Positions 21,717 through 34,208 are shown, counted from the first letter of the stretch. The stretch is 64,000 nucleotides of DNA from Saprolegnia diclina VS20 (GCF_000281045.1 NW_008246075.1:715344-779343), one strand, 5' to 3'. Program-made: numbers and translations. Notes: a model not told the origin generated them from the letters alone.

Positions 21717-23059
21717 GTTGCCGACTGCGTGGACTGCAAGCAATGTGCAACGATTGGTCCATGCAATGTGTATGTCACGCTGTATCGCACCAATCCCAGA
21801 GTGGTGTCTGGATCCACTTTTGGCCAATCAGAGCAATGTCCCAATATGCCCCAATGCGCCAGCACATCCACGCGCATACGAGCGACTTGGCATGATGCTA
21901 CTACCTATGCACGCACGCTCGAAGCGAGGGTCGAACGTAAAGAAACCTGTGCATCCAAGCACGTACCACTGCGCTCATCGCATATACCCAAAGCTTCCAA
22001 GCGGGTTCGTGATCGAGGCAATCCACGCTACAGCAGCCGAGCCTTTCTCGTTGCCTCCAAGCTGGCATGTCTACTACGTACGCAAAGCAGACACAATGGA
22101 ACCACGATGAAGAGCGTGCCTCTCAGCTGCGGAACAATTGACGAGGTCGACCAGTGCAGACCCAGACCTTGTGGTTGACATGCGTTGGGATATTCCAATC
22201 ATACTGGTCACAAAATGGGTCTTCCTGCGGGCCAATAGAAACGTCTGCGAAATGGACTGACGCCACAACATGTCGCTCCCAAGCGCAGCGCTGGACCGAA
22301 CGATGGCTCCTCCCTTGGCTGTACGTGTAGCGTATGCAGTGTGCTTGAGCAATTCGACGAGTCGACTATGTACAGTACTATGCTCGTAGACTCTGGAACG
22401 GGACAGTCGCCAAACCCGTTTTTCTTGGCACTCTTGGGACACGGGCGACACGGCCTTCAAACCACCGGCTGGAGTGCGATGGAGCTCCAGAAGAAGCTTG
22501 CATCGATGTGTAATCTGTAGAAGTGGGCCATCTACCGCATTTGCTGCACGAGGGGCGCGAGTACGATGGCATTGCTCTAGGACGCGACGAAGAGGCCCAT
22601 GCTCGAAGCTATCGGCCGCCGCAACGAGCCCGCCCCCGTTCGATTTTCACCACACACTCACACTTGCAGCACGTGTTGACGTGGGTACCTGGATTATGTG
22701 TCATCCAACTTGAAGTTCAATGGGTGAAAAACGGCGCCAAACAAAAACAAGCGCCGAACCTGCTTTAAGTGCACCACGCAAAGAAGCCCGCGCGCGATGC
22801 ATAGACCCGTGCATCGCCTTCTATGTGCGCTGTCGCCAGCTTCGCTTCCCGCATTGACGACATGGCCGGTGTCACTCGCCCGTGTGAAACGTGGGCCGCG
22901 TGTGGGAATTCCACTGCGACACGTGGGAAATGCCACTTGGAGCTTGTCCCATGGGCTTGGAGCCTGGGATATTCACTGCATTTCTCACGTCCGGGATTAC
23001 ACAGCCGACGCATCTCATTGGGTGACGACGCCGCGCTTGGCCATTCTGCCAAATTGACC

Positions 23060-23539
23060 ATGCTGATGAAGCGCGAACACCCGGCCGACACGCTCCACGC
23101 CGGACCGTCCAAGCGCGCCAAGCCCGAGCCCGCGTCCGCGCTCATGTGGAGCTCGATACCGCCGCTCGCCAAACTCACGCTCGCCTTCTCGACCGTCCTC
23201 TCGCACCAGGCCAAGGCCCTCGACGTGCTCCAGGCCACGCGGGAGTGGGACGTGGCGCGCAACCTCCTCCTCAAGACCGAAGTCACGCGCAAGTACATTG
23301 CCAAGGAGCGCCAGCGCTACATTGTCGCGATGAATGCGCTCCGTGGTGCGCTCGAACCACCGGCGCCCAAGCGCGCACGCAAGTCGGTGCGGTTTTCGCC
23401 GGTGGTGACTGTGTGCGTCGCGCCCGACGTGGACCGGTCGAGCCCGGTGACGGAGCCGCCGTCCATGGACGAGCTCCTCGTCATCAAGGCCGTCGGGCTT
23501 CGCGGCATTCCGCGCCAGAATTTTTCCGAGCTGTGGTGA
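23060..23539 (+). CDS. hypothetical protein with C-terminal RVxF-type motif
   Basis: Strong coding bias; INR-like GCCATTCTG just upstream; RKSVRFSPVVTV. Confidence 0.7.
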   Translation: MLMKREHPADTLHAGPSKRAKPEPASALMWSSIPPLAKLTLAFSTVLSHQAKALDVLQATREWDVARNLLLKTEVTRKYIAKERQRYIVAMNALRGALEPPAPKRARKSVRFSPVVTVCVAPDVDRSSPVTEPPSMDELLVIKAVGLRGIPRQNFSELW

Positions 23540-24032
23540 CCTCGCGCAGATCGTATGCGCGCGTCTTATTTATTCTTATCGTCGCTGCCTGTCGAGCAGT
23601 ATCTATCGTAGCCTCTCTGTCCTATCCGTATGCGCGCTTAATACAACTACACTGCGTGCTTCTTCCTCTTGTCACTTCAGACTTGTACTCAGAGTCCGCG
23701 TATCCTTCAGAGGACTCTATCAGACACCTCGGCTCGGCAGCACTGGTGTGTGTGCGTCAAGTCTACACGCCCAACGCACCTCGTATGGTACATGGCAGTG
23801 GTCAGAAGAAGAACGACGTGCGGTAAAGCGACGTTTGGCGGCAGCTGCGATGAACGTTTGCATTGCGACCCATCCACCACTGCCGACCCGACAGGCGGCC
23901 ACGTCGTTTCTTCGCCCGGTAGACACGTCATCCGCAGTCGCCAGCGTCCGTACGACTTGGTGCTTCGTTGAAATGAGTTATTTAATGGCCTTCTTCGTTG
24001 ACTAGTGTCGCACTCGACGTCTCCAGAGTTCG

Positions 24033-25333
24033 TCACGTCGACGCCGGCGGCGCAGCGACGCCCCACGTGCCCGACTTGATTTGGCTCGAGCCATCTGGGT
24101 TCGTCACCATCACCTCAATCTAGTACAAAAGCACAATGATCGAGCTTCGACGACGGTAGCAGAACGTACGGAGCCAGGCTTGTAGTTGAGGCCGACGGTT
24201 TGCGTCGGCGAGTGCGCGAGGATGTCGCGGACTTCGATCTTGAGCTCCTCAAACGGAATGCTCTGCAGAATGAGTTCGACGTCGGGTGTCAATTCGCCCT
24301 TGACCGTCACTTGCTTGGGCTCCTTGAGCTTCTCGACTAGACACGACAATCGATCCATAGTATGTACAAGAAGACAACATTCAAATGTCGAACCGAGAGG
24401 CCCAAACCCGCCGGAAAAGTCGAGGACGCACACCGACTTTTGAAACTTGTGCATACTCGTTCCGACGCCGAGCGTCGTAAACTTGGCATCGAGGAGGCTC
24501 AAACGGTCGTCGCGGCTCGGAACACCGTCGTCAATGAGTAGCTGCAGCACGATATTGCGCGGCTTGGAGAGCCCGAACGCCAAGAGCTCTGCACTTACAG
24601 CTTAGTCGCTTACTCATGACGGTCGTAGTACCGCCCACGGAGCCCTTCCACTCGCCATATCGATCGAGGCGCTGCACCATCGAGCTGCCATCTGCATCGC
24701 GTCTGTGCCAACTGAAAAGAGAGTGGTCGTTGCTACCTTGCCCCGTATGGCTCACGGTGCCGTGGTCGCCGAGGTCTGCTGCATGGTCTTGCGCAGCCTT
24801 GGAGAGATTCCCATCGAGCATGAGCGGCAGCAGCGCGGTCTGTTGCTTGAGGAAGGCAATGCAGTCTTGAACCTAGTCATCGCGTGAGCGCAAAGTTGTG
24901 AGTGAGAAGAAGCATACGGCGGTCGCGCCTTCGTCGGTCTGTAGTCGAATGCTCTCGGAAGGAATCGTGAGGATCTTATCCTCAAAGTGCTTGAGCATCT
25001 CTTCGCAGTGCGCGACGAAGCCCCTGGGGTTGGTACGCAGCGCGTTGATCTCGGCGGCAACGCTGACCGCCATCGTGTCGAGCGTCGCTTCAGGCGCCGT
25101 AGAGTCGACGGCTACGTTGGGCGCTGCAACGCTGCCAAACGAGTCGGCGCGAAGAGCGCTCTTGGCCTCGGCGATGAGGCGGTCGACGCGCGCCGGATCC
25201 TTCTTCATGGCCTACTCCAGATGCGGTCGGCGCCATGTAGCAGTGGCCTGGCCTGACGCACCTCCTTCAAGATGTTGACCAAGATCGCATCGTCCGTCTT
25301 GCCGATGACGTCGGAGGATACAGCGCTGCCCAT
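24033..25333 (-). CDS. CAP/SCP (PR-1/antigen 5)-domain protein, putatively N-myristoylated, spliced
   Basis: MGSAVS start; EINALRTNP, LSKAAQDHAADLGDHGTVSHTG, RLDRYGEW, IVLQLLIDDGVPSR. Confidence 0.82.
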
Positions 25334-25600
25334 GATGGTGGCTTTTCTAGGATCGTTTTGGGTTCTGTTTGGTTTTTCCAAAACTCATATTTTTATCACA
25401 TGGGGTTCGTATGCAATATTTTAGACGCTGGCGGCATGGCAATTGCTACAACCGTCTCCAGAGCCTCGTTTCTCATACTATTGCGACCATATTGAGACAC
25501 TAATCATAAATATTGTACGATAGAGATAGTCTTGAGATATTAAAAAGGTTTTGATTGGCTGGATAAATTGTCGACCTAACTTCAAGTCACTTTCGAGGAT

Positions 25601-26985
25601 ATGCTTCGCAGCCGATCGCCCCGCTGGCTCGCCACCGCTCGCTCCATGTCGTCGCTCCGCCCGCTCGTGACGAGCCATGACATCCAGTCGCTTGCCGCCG
25701 AAGGCAAGTCCGTCCGCTTTGTCGATGCTTCCTGGTTTGCTGAGCAGCATCTCGTCTGCCTCGTCCTATCGTTCGTCTTAGGTACCTTGACAAGGCTCGC
25801 AACGGCCACGATGAGTTCCTGCAGGAGCGCCTTCCTGGCGCTGTCTACTTTGATATTGACGCCATCAAGGACACCGCGTCGCCGTTGCCGCACATGCTGC
25901 CGCCACGTACGTGGAAGCACCTTTGACGCGTCTCAACGACAGTGTAGCGTCGCTCTTTGCATCGGCGATGAACGAGTTTGGCATCGCGAATGACACGACC
26001 GTCGTTGTCTACGGTGGCGCCAACTGCTTTAGGTACATTGCACGATTTGTTGCAGCGAGCCATGGTCACGACGTGAATAGCCCCGCGCGCTGCTGGTGGA
26101 CGTTCAAGTACTTTGGCCACGCCCGCGTCCATGTTCTCAACGGTTCGTGCGGCTTCCTTATACATGGCGGCACTGGCGGCGTAGGCGGGTTGACGCAGTG
26201 GAAGAAGGACGGGCATGCCGTCGAGGAAGGCCTGCCGTCGCCTCCCGCACCCACGACGGGCTACGTGGCCACGCCAGATGCGCGCCTTGTCTTGACGGCC
26301 GAGCAGGTTTATGATCCGATCGTCGACCGCTCCCTGAGCGTCGGCTGGTAGGTCCTCAAGCTCTTATCGTCGACGAATCAAGTCATTGACGCGCGTGGGC
26401 CCGGCCGGTTCACGGGCAAGGACCCGGTGCGTGCTCGTTGGTCAAATTGTAAATGGCATTGTCGGAACAGGAACCTCGCGCGGGTGTTCGTGGCGGACAC
26501 ATGCCGGGCGCGATCAACACGCCGTTTTCGCACGTTCTGACGCCGGACGACTATTCGGTACTATTGCTTGCCGGCGGTCGGGGCTAGTAGCTAAGTAGCT
26601 CGCTGTAGGTCTTTCGCGACCCCGCAACGATTCGCTCGAACTTTGAGGCCAGCGGTGGGCTTCGAACAAGCTAACGTGCTGCTCATGCTGCTCTGTCGTG
26701 TAGGCGTGCGCATCGGCGATGCGGGCACGGTCATCGCCACGACGTACGACGGCCTGTCCTTCCTCTTTTCGTTGGCTCACGTGTCGGTCCGCAGGTGCGG
26801 GTCGGGCGTCACGGCGGCGGTGCTTACGCTGGGACTGCACGTGCTCGATGTCCCCCTCGAACGGTGCGTTCGCACTCCAAAGAAGCTTACCTCGACCAAT
26901 ATGATCTTATAGGGTCCCTGTGTACGACGGGTCGTGGTCCGAATGGGGCACGCGCGACGACCTGCCTGTGACAAAGGACATGTAG
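25601..26985 (+). CDS. MPST: 3-mercaptopyruvate/thiosulfate sulfurtransferase (tandem rhodanese), multi-exon
   Basis: VRFVDASWY, LPGAVYFDID, LPHMLP, ARCWWTFKYFGH, DARGPGRF, GHMPGAIN, active site CGSGVTA, VYDGSWSEW; Arg-rich transit-like N-terminus. Confidence 0.92.
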
Positions 26986-27152
26986 TGGACCTTGGACTGA
27001 GGAAGCAATCGCTGGCGACCGTCGTCGGTCGCAGTTCCATCGCCTTAACATGTCGCTGACATTCGTTGTCCCACGCCTTGCAGCGATATGTCAAGCACGC
27101 TAATGCGACGTCGTCCTCATCACGTGCATTACAAAGACACACTGCATGAGCT

Positions 27153-27353
27153 CTAGACAACGTCGACGATGGATTGTTCGCTGGCGCCGACGGGCGTGCC
27201 GAGGTTGCGGTAAATGGTCCCTTCTACGACGACCGTGTCCTTGTCGTTGCGCTCGTCTTCCGACGCAGCTGCCCCGCGCACCTTCCACGCAATTGCCGCG
27301 ACGGCCGCGACGCACGCTGCACCGGCCACACCCGAAAGCACATTCGACAGCAT
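27153..27353 (-). CDS. small single-TM hypothetical protein (66 aa)
   Basis: ATG start, N-terminal hydrophobic helix, coding-like codons; INR/FPR-like CCAGTTAGCAAATTCC upstream. Confidence 0.5.
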   Translation of the reverse strand: MLSNVLSGVAGAACVAAVAAIAWKVRGAAASEDERNDKDTVVVEGTIYRNLGTPVGASEQSIVDVV

Positions 27354-28658
27354 CGCGTGTGGTATCTTGTTGGAATTTGCTAACTGGCGATAATTCGGGT
27401 CTGGCGACTGCAGTGTAGAAGCTTGGGCACAGCCGATTCTCTACCGTCCAAATCTCTACGGCATACACATCGCCAGTTGGCGAGCGCGATCCGACCAGAC
27501 CGGTCCTCGTTGTTATCTGGTCGAGACGGGGCCCAAGTAGCTTGGAGTACCCGCTCCGTCGCGTGTGGCTTGAGGATGGGCGGACGCCACTTTTTTGTAC
27601 ACGGCCGGCGCACATCCCTGGGGCAAAGATAGACGATATCATTTTTATACCGGCCGACGAGAACATCAACTTGACACTTTCTTATATTTAATTAGGATGC
27701 GCTCGTCGGCAACAGCGAACGACATCGTGGCGCAGCGCACGCGAGCGAGCGACGAGCACGAGGGCAGGAAGGTATAATAGTAGCTTGGAAGCTTGGGATC
27801 GGTCGCTGATGCAAGGGCGTGGACTGTGGTAAACAAACTGGCGTGCGACAATGCTTGCAGTCACGCGCCACATACGCGGGTCGTTGCGCAGTGGAAAGAA
27901 GATACGCGTGGTATCTTTCGAGCGGCTCAAAAAGCTTATCTCTGGCGCAACACGAATGGCGGCGCCATGGGTTCGATGGAAGCTTGCATGGAGGCAGCAC
28001 ATCTTCCACCGTTCGCGTTCAGCGATTCCTCGCTTGCTAGGGACGTCGCCACGTAGGCGCCTTCGAGAAGAAGTCGGTACGTGCTTTGCGGGGGCAATAA
28101 TATTCGAGAAACGATCACGAGTATATTATTTCTCGATATTTTTTTAAATTGGTGACGAAACACTTGCGCGGCCACAATCGTGTTCACGCGACGTCGCGCG
28201 CAAATTAATATAATAAAATACCAACTTTTAATGTATCGTACAGCGCGAGACCTTTCCTCGAGAGAGTTCGAGACACCTCGATGGGCCTACTCCCTCACTG
28301 CGACGTCCCGGACGAATGCTTCCATAAATGTCGCTGTGGGCCCGAGTGTTTATGCAAGCACGCCATAGTTTGCCGTGGAGTGGCCGACACATCCGGAGTG
28401 GGCAAGTCCTTGGAACCTGGCGTGCGTCCGCGGTGCAGAGAGAAGAGCTGGGCAGGTGGGATTACACATACAAACCACCAGCGAATTGCTGCTTGAATTC
28501 GTGTGGCAAGAGTGGTGGTCCTTTATAAAATTCGAGACCCGATTTTGTGGGCGTCATCACACTTATTTGGCCACTGTCCCACGGTGCATTTATTTATTTT
28601 ATATTCGGTTTTTAAAATATTGGGCCGTCGCAAATCTTTGGTCATTTCCAATATTGCC

Positions 28659-29228
28659 ATGTCCGTTGCAACCTACAACAGCAGCAGCTCGGTGGCCTTC
28701 CCGGTGCACTTTTCGACGTCGACGATTTCCCCCAAGAACGCCTCGAGCACGCCCATGATGATGCGCCACCCCAACTCCAGCTCCTCCAGCGCGGCCGTCC
28801 GCCCTGGCTTCCGCGGCAAGTGCCGCTACAAGAGCGGCCGCTGCCCCAACGAGCGCACGCTCAAGTTCAACGGCGAAGTCCACACAATGTGCGAAGAGCA
28901 CCGCATTCGCCACAACAACAACCAGCGCAAGTCCGACATGAAGCGCCGGGTCAAGAAGCATCCCGAGCCCGCGACGCACTCGTTTGTCCTGCAAAAGCGT
29001 GAAGTGCAAAAGGCGCTGCCCGGCTTGCACTCGCCCAAGACCCCGACGAGCGCGTGCGAAGTACGCGACGCGACGACGCCCGAGCGCTTCTCGCCCATGC
29101 ACGTGCCGTGCACTGACTTTGAGCTCGAGACGTCGCGGACGATGTCGACCGAAGTCGTGCTTTCGATGGAAGAGCTCGAGATCCTCCACTCGATCCTTGG
29201 CCTTGACGACGAAGAGCTCGCGCTTTAA
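28659..29228 (+). CDS. hypothetical protein with C2HC/H putative zinc-binding motif
   Basis: CRYKSGRCPNERTLKFNGEVHTMCEEHRIRHNNNQRKSD; INR-like GTCATTTCC upstream; strong codon bias. Confidence 0.8.
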   Translation: MSVATYNSSSSVAFPVHFSTSTISPKNASSTPMMMRHPNSSSSSAAVRPGFRGKCRYKSGRCPNERTLKFNGEVHTMCEEHRIRHNNNQRKSDMKRRVKKHPEPATHSFVLQKREVQKALPGLHSPKTPTSACEVRDATTPERFSPMHVPCTDFELETSRTMSTEVVLSMEELEILHSILGLDDEELAL

Positions 29229-29932
29229 GCCCCCCCGCCCATAATTTAACCCCGTACGATAGCTTCTTATAAAATACCCCAAGTTTTAATTTCAATTTAC
29301 GCGTCCACCAACTGAATTCTCGCAACCACGGAAGCCATCCAAGCCACGTCGTTCGGACCGACACCAGTCCACCGTCGACACGACGAGCAGCACCCACGAC
29401 CCAGGAGCTTTATATATTTTCCGACCGTTGTATATTTGCGTGGCACCAACATCCATTCGCAAACATCCAAGAGGAGCGAAAGGGCATTTCTCTTCCGTTG
29501 CGCGTGCAATGCAACGGCGGCCCGCCACGTCATGGTGCCGGCGACCATGCGGTCGCGTGCAGTGATACGCGCGCAACTGCCGCCGAAGGGACGCAGCCGC
29601 CAAGCCTCGCGAACGAGTGTACGTACAGCTGCGCCCAGCTCCAAGAACACCACCCGCGCGCTGTCGGAAGAAAAAAGAACGGTGCTAACTCACCAAGTGG
29701 TTGCTATCATTCACATCTAGTAAAATCGTACTCGGCCAAGTTGAAGTCGTCGACATTCTTGGGAACCGTCTTGTGGACAGGAGGTGGGTCGTGTCCAACG
29801 AACTCTATTGGGGATGATGATGATGGCGCCGAGCGTATATGCTATGGGTTCCGTCGCGTGGGCCACCGAAGCGCCTTGTCTTCGGTAGTCGCACGCTGCT
29901 GTCGCAGGACACCCCACGTCATCGACCACCTG

Positions 29933-30144
29933 GATTGGCCACAATCGACGCCAAATCTTTGCATTGCACCAATCGGGCTTGCACACGCGCGCCTTTTCGC
30001 AAACACGCTGCACTTTTTGACCAATCGCAGGCGCGATCACCCCGTCGGGGATTGGTTCAAATCCACATGATTGCGTAAATTGCACCAATCGTAGCGCGCG
30101 AAACTCTCGGCTTTTTAGCCAATCCGAAGCGTCGACACCCAATC
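29933..30144. promoter_or_regulatory. CCAAT-box cluster upstream of VPS51
   Basis: CCAATC/GATTGG at 29933, 29969, 30021, 30050, 30085, 30119, 30139. Confidence 0.6.
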
Positions 30145-30176
30145 CGACCGTTTTGCGGCGACTGCGATCGGCGGCG

Positions 30177-33100
30177 ATGGACTCTTCCCGCATGCAGGAG
30201 CTCATGAGCTCGTACTACGACCTCTCGGACAAGGAGGAGTCGGTCAACCAGAGCAAGAACATTGACGCTCCGGGCTTCGTCGCCGACGACTACGTCAAGG
30301 TAGACAACCTCCATGGAGGCGCACGGCGTTGACATCGTCGTGCAGGGGATGCTCGAGCGCATGGGCATGGACGACCTCCTTCGCCGCGATGACCAGATGA
30401 TCAAAGAGATCAAGGAGCTCGACACCAACATGCAGATGCTTGTGTACGAAAACTACAACAAGTTCATTAGCGCCACGGATACGATCCGCAAGATGAAGGT
30501 ACTACCGCGGCTGCCCTCCTTCGTAGTACCTCATGAAGCGCTAGACGAACGTCGAGACGATGGAGTCGGAGGTCAAGCGCGTCGTCGAGAGCATGGACAA
30601 GATCACGCTCCAGAGCGAAAACGTCGGGAACGCACTGGCGCCCTTCCGGTCCAAGGTCCGTCCATTGCATGTACATAGGCCATGGCGCTCAGCGGGCGAC
30701 GCAGGTGGAGAAGCTCGTGGGCGTCCGCCGGCTCTTGAAGCGCCTTGAGTTCATCTTCCAGCTACCCCAGCGTCTCAAGAGGTACATTCTGCTACTGCTT
30801 TAATGTCGCTCGACTCGAGTGCGCAGCGCGATCAAGGCGCAAGAGTACGAGAAAGCGACCAAGTACTTTGTGATTGCCAACCGCATCTTGAAGCGCTACC
30901 AACACATTGCCTCGTTCAAGGTGCGACGATGCATCTTGCTCGTGCATGTCGGAAGCAACTGCTGTAGACGATCCAAGTCGAAGCCGAGCACATCATGGTC
31001 GGTCTGCGCACCATCGTCCAGAAGAAGCTCGACGACGACGCCACGACTGCAGCCCATGTCGAAGAGTACACGACGCTGCTCTTGGACTTGAACGTGAACG
31101 CTGTCGACGTGCGGCAGCGGTTTTTGCAGTGGCATCAGCGTCAGTTTGACAAGATGTTCGCGTCCTTCCAGGTACATGCATCGCGCTCTGCGTAGGACCA
31201 AACAGTTCGTGTAGCCAACCGACCAAGCGCTCCTGCCCGTCATGACCTTTGTCTCGTCCATCAGCGAGGTACAATCTCTGCCTCTGGCAACAAGCATTGA
31301 TATTGGGCAGACGTTTGTACCGGTGTTTCACGAGACCGCGCGGGCGTTCCAGCGCATCTTTGGCGCGCTCGAAGCAGCCGACCCCAACCACCGGCTCGCG
31401 TTCAACACGTGCGCCACCAAGTGGTACGATATGTTTGCGAGTCTCTGCGAGGCGCAATGCCAGCGCCCGCTCTCGGCCTTTGTAAGTCCCACACAACGCT
31501 CTCTGTGGCCGTAATATCAACGTCTATGATGCAGACGAGCGATGACGAGGCCAACGCCAGCTCCAGTTCGGGATCGAATGGCTACGGCATTCTCATGCTT
31601 GTGCTCCAAACCTTCATCGATCGCACAGCAACGCTCGATAGCCCCGAGCTGCCCCTTGCCGACGTGCGCGAACGAACACCTCAAGTCGTGGAAGCGGCGG
31701 TACGAAGACAAGCAGCGACGAATACGTGTATGGACGGTAGTGCTCTGGTGTAGATTCGGTACCAAGTGGACGCGTCGTTTCTCAGTCTCAAGCGCGAGTT
31801 TATGGAGACCGTCGGGCAGTTCCACGCGCAGCTCCAAGCATCCCCTGTCGTGCCGCCTGTCGCGTCCAAGCTCGCCAAGTCGTACGTTGAGCGCATCGAG
31901 CAGACGCTGCAGCGCATGCAGGTACGAATTCTCGCAGTGGTGTTGCAGTAGTAAGCGACTCGGTGGCGTAGCCGCTGGTGGGCACCGCAGCGCACCTCGT
32001 GCCCGACATGACACGCGCCTTGTCCGATCTCGTACTGGTAGGATCTTGATGGCGTCGATCCAGCACGACAGCGTCTTGTAGAACCGCTTTTGCGGATTCC
32101 TCCAGTGGCTTGCGCGCACGTTGCTCGTGTACGTCGAGTCATCGCGCGTGCAAGCGGTGCGTCGTGCCGAAGCCGTGCAAGCGAACGACGTCGCCGCCCC
32201 CGATTTGGCCGTCACGCCGTCATTCCTCGTCCTTCTCGCATGTGTCTTTCGCAACTTGAGCGCGACAGCGATTCCCCATTGCATCCAAGTGCTTGTCGAG
32301 TGCTTGCCCGTCTTTGACACGATGGATCCGGTGTGCTGTTGTGGTGTCGATGCTGCTGGACTCATGGACGTACGTAGGCGACAAGTTTGCGAAACGAGAG
32401 CTCCAAGGTAGATGCTGCGGGGCTGGTGGCGCTTGCGACCGACGCGTCGTCGGCCTTTTTGCATCACTTGTGCATCGGCCACGGTCTGCGCCTCGGTGCG
32501 ACCTTGCGCAAGGGCATGGAGGCTCAAAACTGGCTCAACGTAAAGCTACGATTTCATCTGCAGGGCAAACGTGATGGTATAGGCTACCGAGCCGCGCTCT
32601 GTCCGCGCCAGCATTGACACACTGATCGACGACATGGTGCAGATCGCCAAGGCCACGGCGCAGGTTGCTCAACTTGACAAAAATACAGGACTACATACCA
32701 CGATGGGCATAGATCTTTGGCGAGCCGCTGCCCAACGCCCGCACGGCGAGCGGCGGCATTCGCGACTTGCGCCGCCAGAAGACCAACCCGAGCATGCGTC
32801 CGACGGGCAGCGGCGGACTGAAGCAACAAACGACGTCGTCGGGGCACCTCTACATGGACATTGCGCGCATCTTTGCCAAGAAGATCCAGGTGTTCCAAGG
32901 CGCGTCCTTTGCATGCAACCTCGATAGCGTCCTCGCCGCGACGTTCAAGATGGCGTTCAAGGCGTGGGGCGAGTACGTTCGCCTGCACACGTTTGGCAAG
33001 TGCGGTGTCCAGCAGCTCCAAGTCGACACGGAGCTCCTCAAGTGGATTGCAGCGATGCTCGTCGCGACGGAGACCAGTCTCCACGAGCTCGACAGTTTGC

Positions 33101-33265
33101 TCACGGACGTGGTCACGAATGCGATCGAGCGTGCGCTCGAGCCTGGCCTCATGGAAGAGAGGTACACTGCACAATCTTCCTACAGGACGCCACCTCATCC
33201 TACCCTCTAGTGTGCTCGTCGCCATTGTCAGCACGAAGAAAGGCTCGATGCGCCTGGATCTCTAA
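30177..33265 (+). CDS. VPS51: GARP/EARP complex subunit Vps51 (Ang2), multi-exon
   Basis: [73 protein letters not shown]. Confidence 0.93.
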
Positions 33266-33587
33266 CCTCGCAACGAATCTTGGATGCTTTCCGTTGAAAT
33301 CGCGCACCCAGGATGATGTGCATTCGTATACTCGAACCCATCGCGTCGACATCAAGAAGTGTGGCTGGGTGCAGTGCAGTTGCACGGTCGGTCAAGCCTG
33401 ATCGGACGACTTGGCGAATCGCATGGAGCTGTCGCATTCATTGATGCGTCGTGGGTGATTGACATGCTCCTGGGCGCGTCATGGATACTCCATGTTGAGT
33501 CCGCCATGCAGTGGAAAATGATCTGCGACCGTTCCTGGAACTTTGCCACGCAGATCTTACCGTCCGGATATGATACGGCAGCAACCA

Positions 33588-34181
33588 ATGGCGCGCGTCC
33601 CGGCGGTCGTCCTGTCGCTGGGGTCGCCCCTGCTGCGCACAGTCTGCACGCCCGTGGCGGCGTCGGAGCTGCACTCGGTGGCGTTTGCGCAAGAGACTGC
33701 GCAGCTCACTGCGACGCTCGAGGCTTTTCGAGCCACACACGGCTTTGGCCGGGGCATAGCGGCGCCCCAGATTGGCATCACCAAGCGCTTTCTCGCTCTC
33801 AATCTCGGCGACGGTCCGCGCGTGCTCATCAACCCGACAATCACGCGTTGGAGCAAAGATACCTTTACGATGTGGGACGATTGCATGTGCTTTCCGGACC
33901 TCCTCGTCAAAGTCCGTCGTCATGCTTCGATCGAAGTGGCGTTCAGCGATGAAGTGGGCAACGTGCAGGTGTGGCAACACTTGGACCGACCAACGTCAGA
34001 GCTCCTGCAGCACGAAATCGACCATCTCGACGGCCTTCTCGCTACGGACCGAGCCCTAGGTCAGCCTCACACGATGGGTGCGAACGAGCTCCTCGCGGCT
34101 TTTCCCGACGTCATCATCGCCCGGGATGCGTTCGAAGCCAACAAACCGACCTTCATGGCCATGGTCGACTATACGATTTAG
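33588..34181 (+). CDS. def: peptide deformylase
   Basis: GRGIAAPQIG (motif 1), LINP, WDDCMC (variant motif 2), QHEIDHLDG (motif 3); intronless; alternative ATG at 33570. Confidence 0.9.
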   Translation: MARVPAVVLSLGSPLLRTVCTPVAASELHSVAFAQETAQLTATLEAFRATHGFGRGIAAPQIGITKRFLALNLGDGPRVLINPTITRWSKDTFTMWDDCMCFPDLLVKVRRHASIEVAFSDEVGNVQVWQHLDRPTSELLQHEIDHLDGLLATDRALGQPHTMGANELLAAFPDVIIARDAFEANKPTFMAMVDYTI

Positions 34182-34208
34182 CTGCGCACTCGTCGCTAGC
34201 TGAGCTGT

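Noticed and set aside
23700..23708. GTATCCTT, similar to a U12 intron donor (also ATATCCTT at 34238)
   Set aside because: Both lie downstream of stop codons, and I saw no matching U12 branch point or exon context
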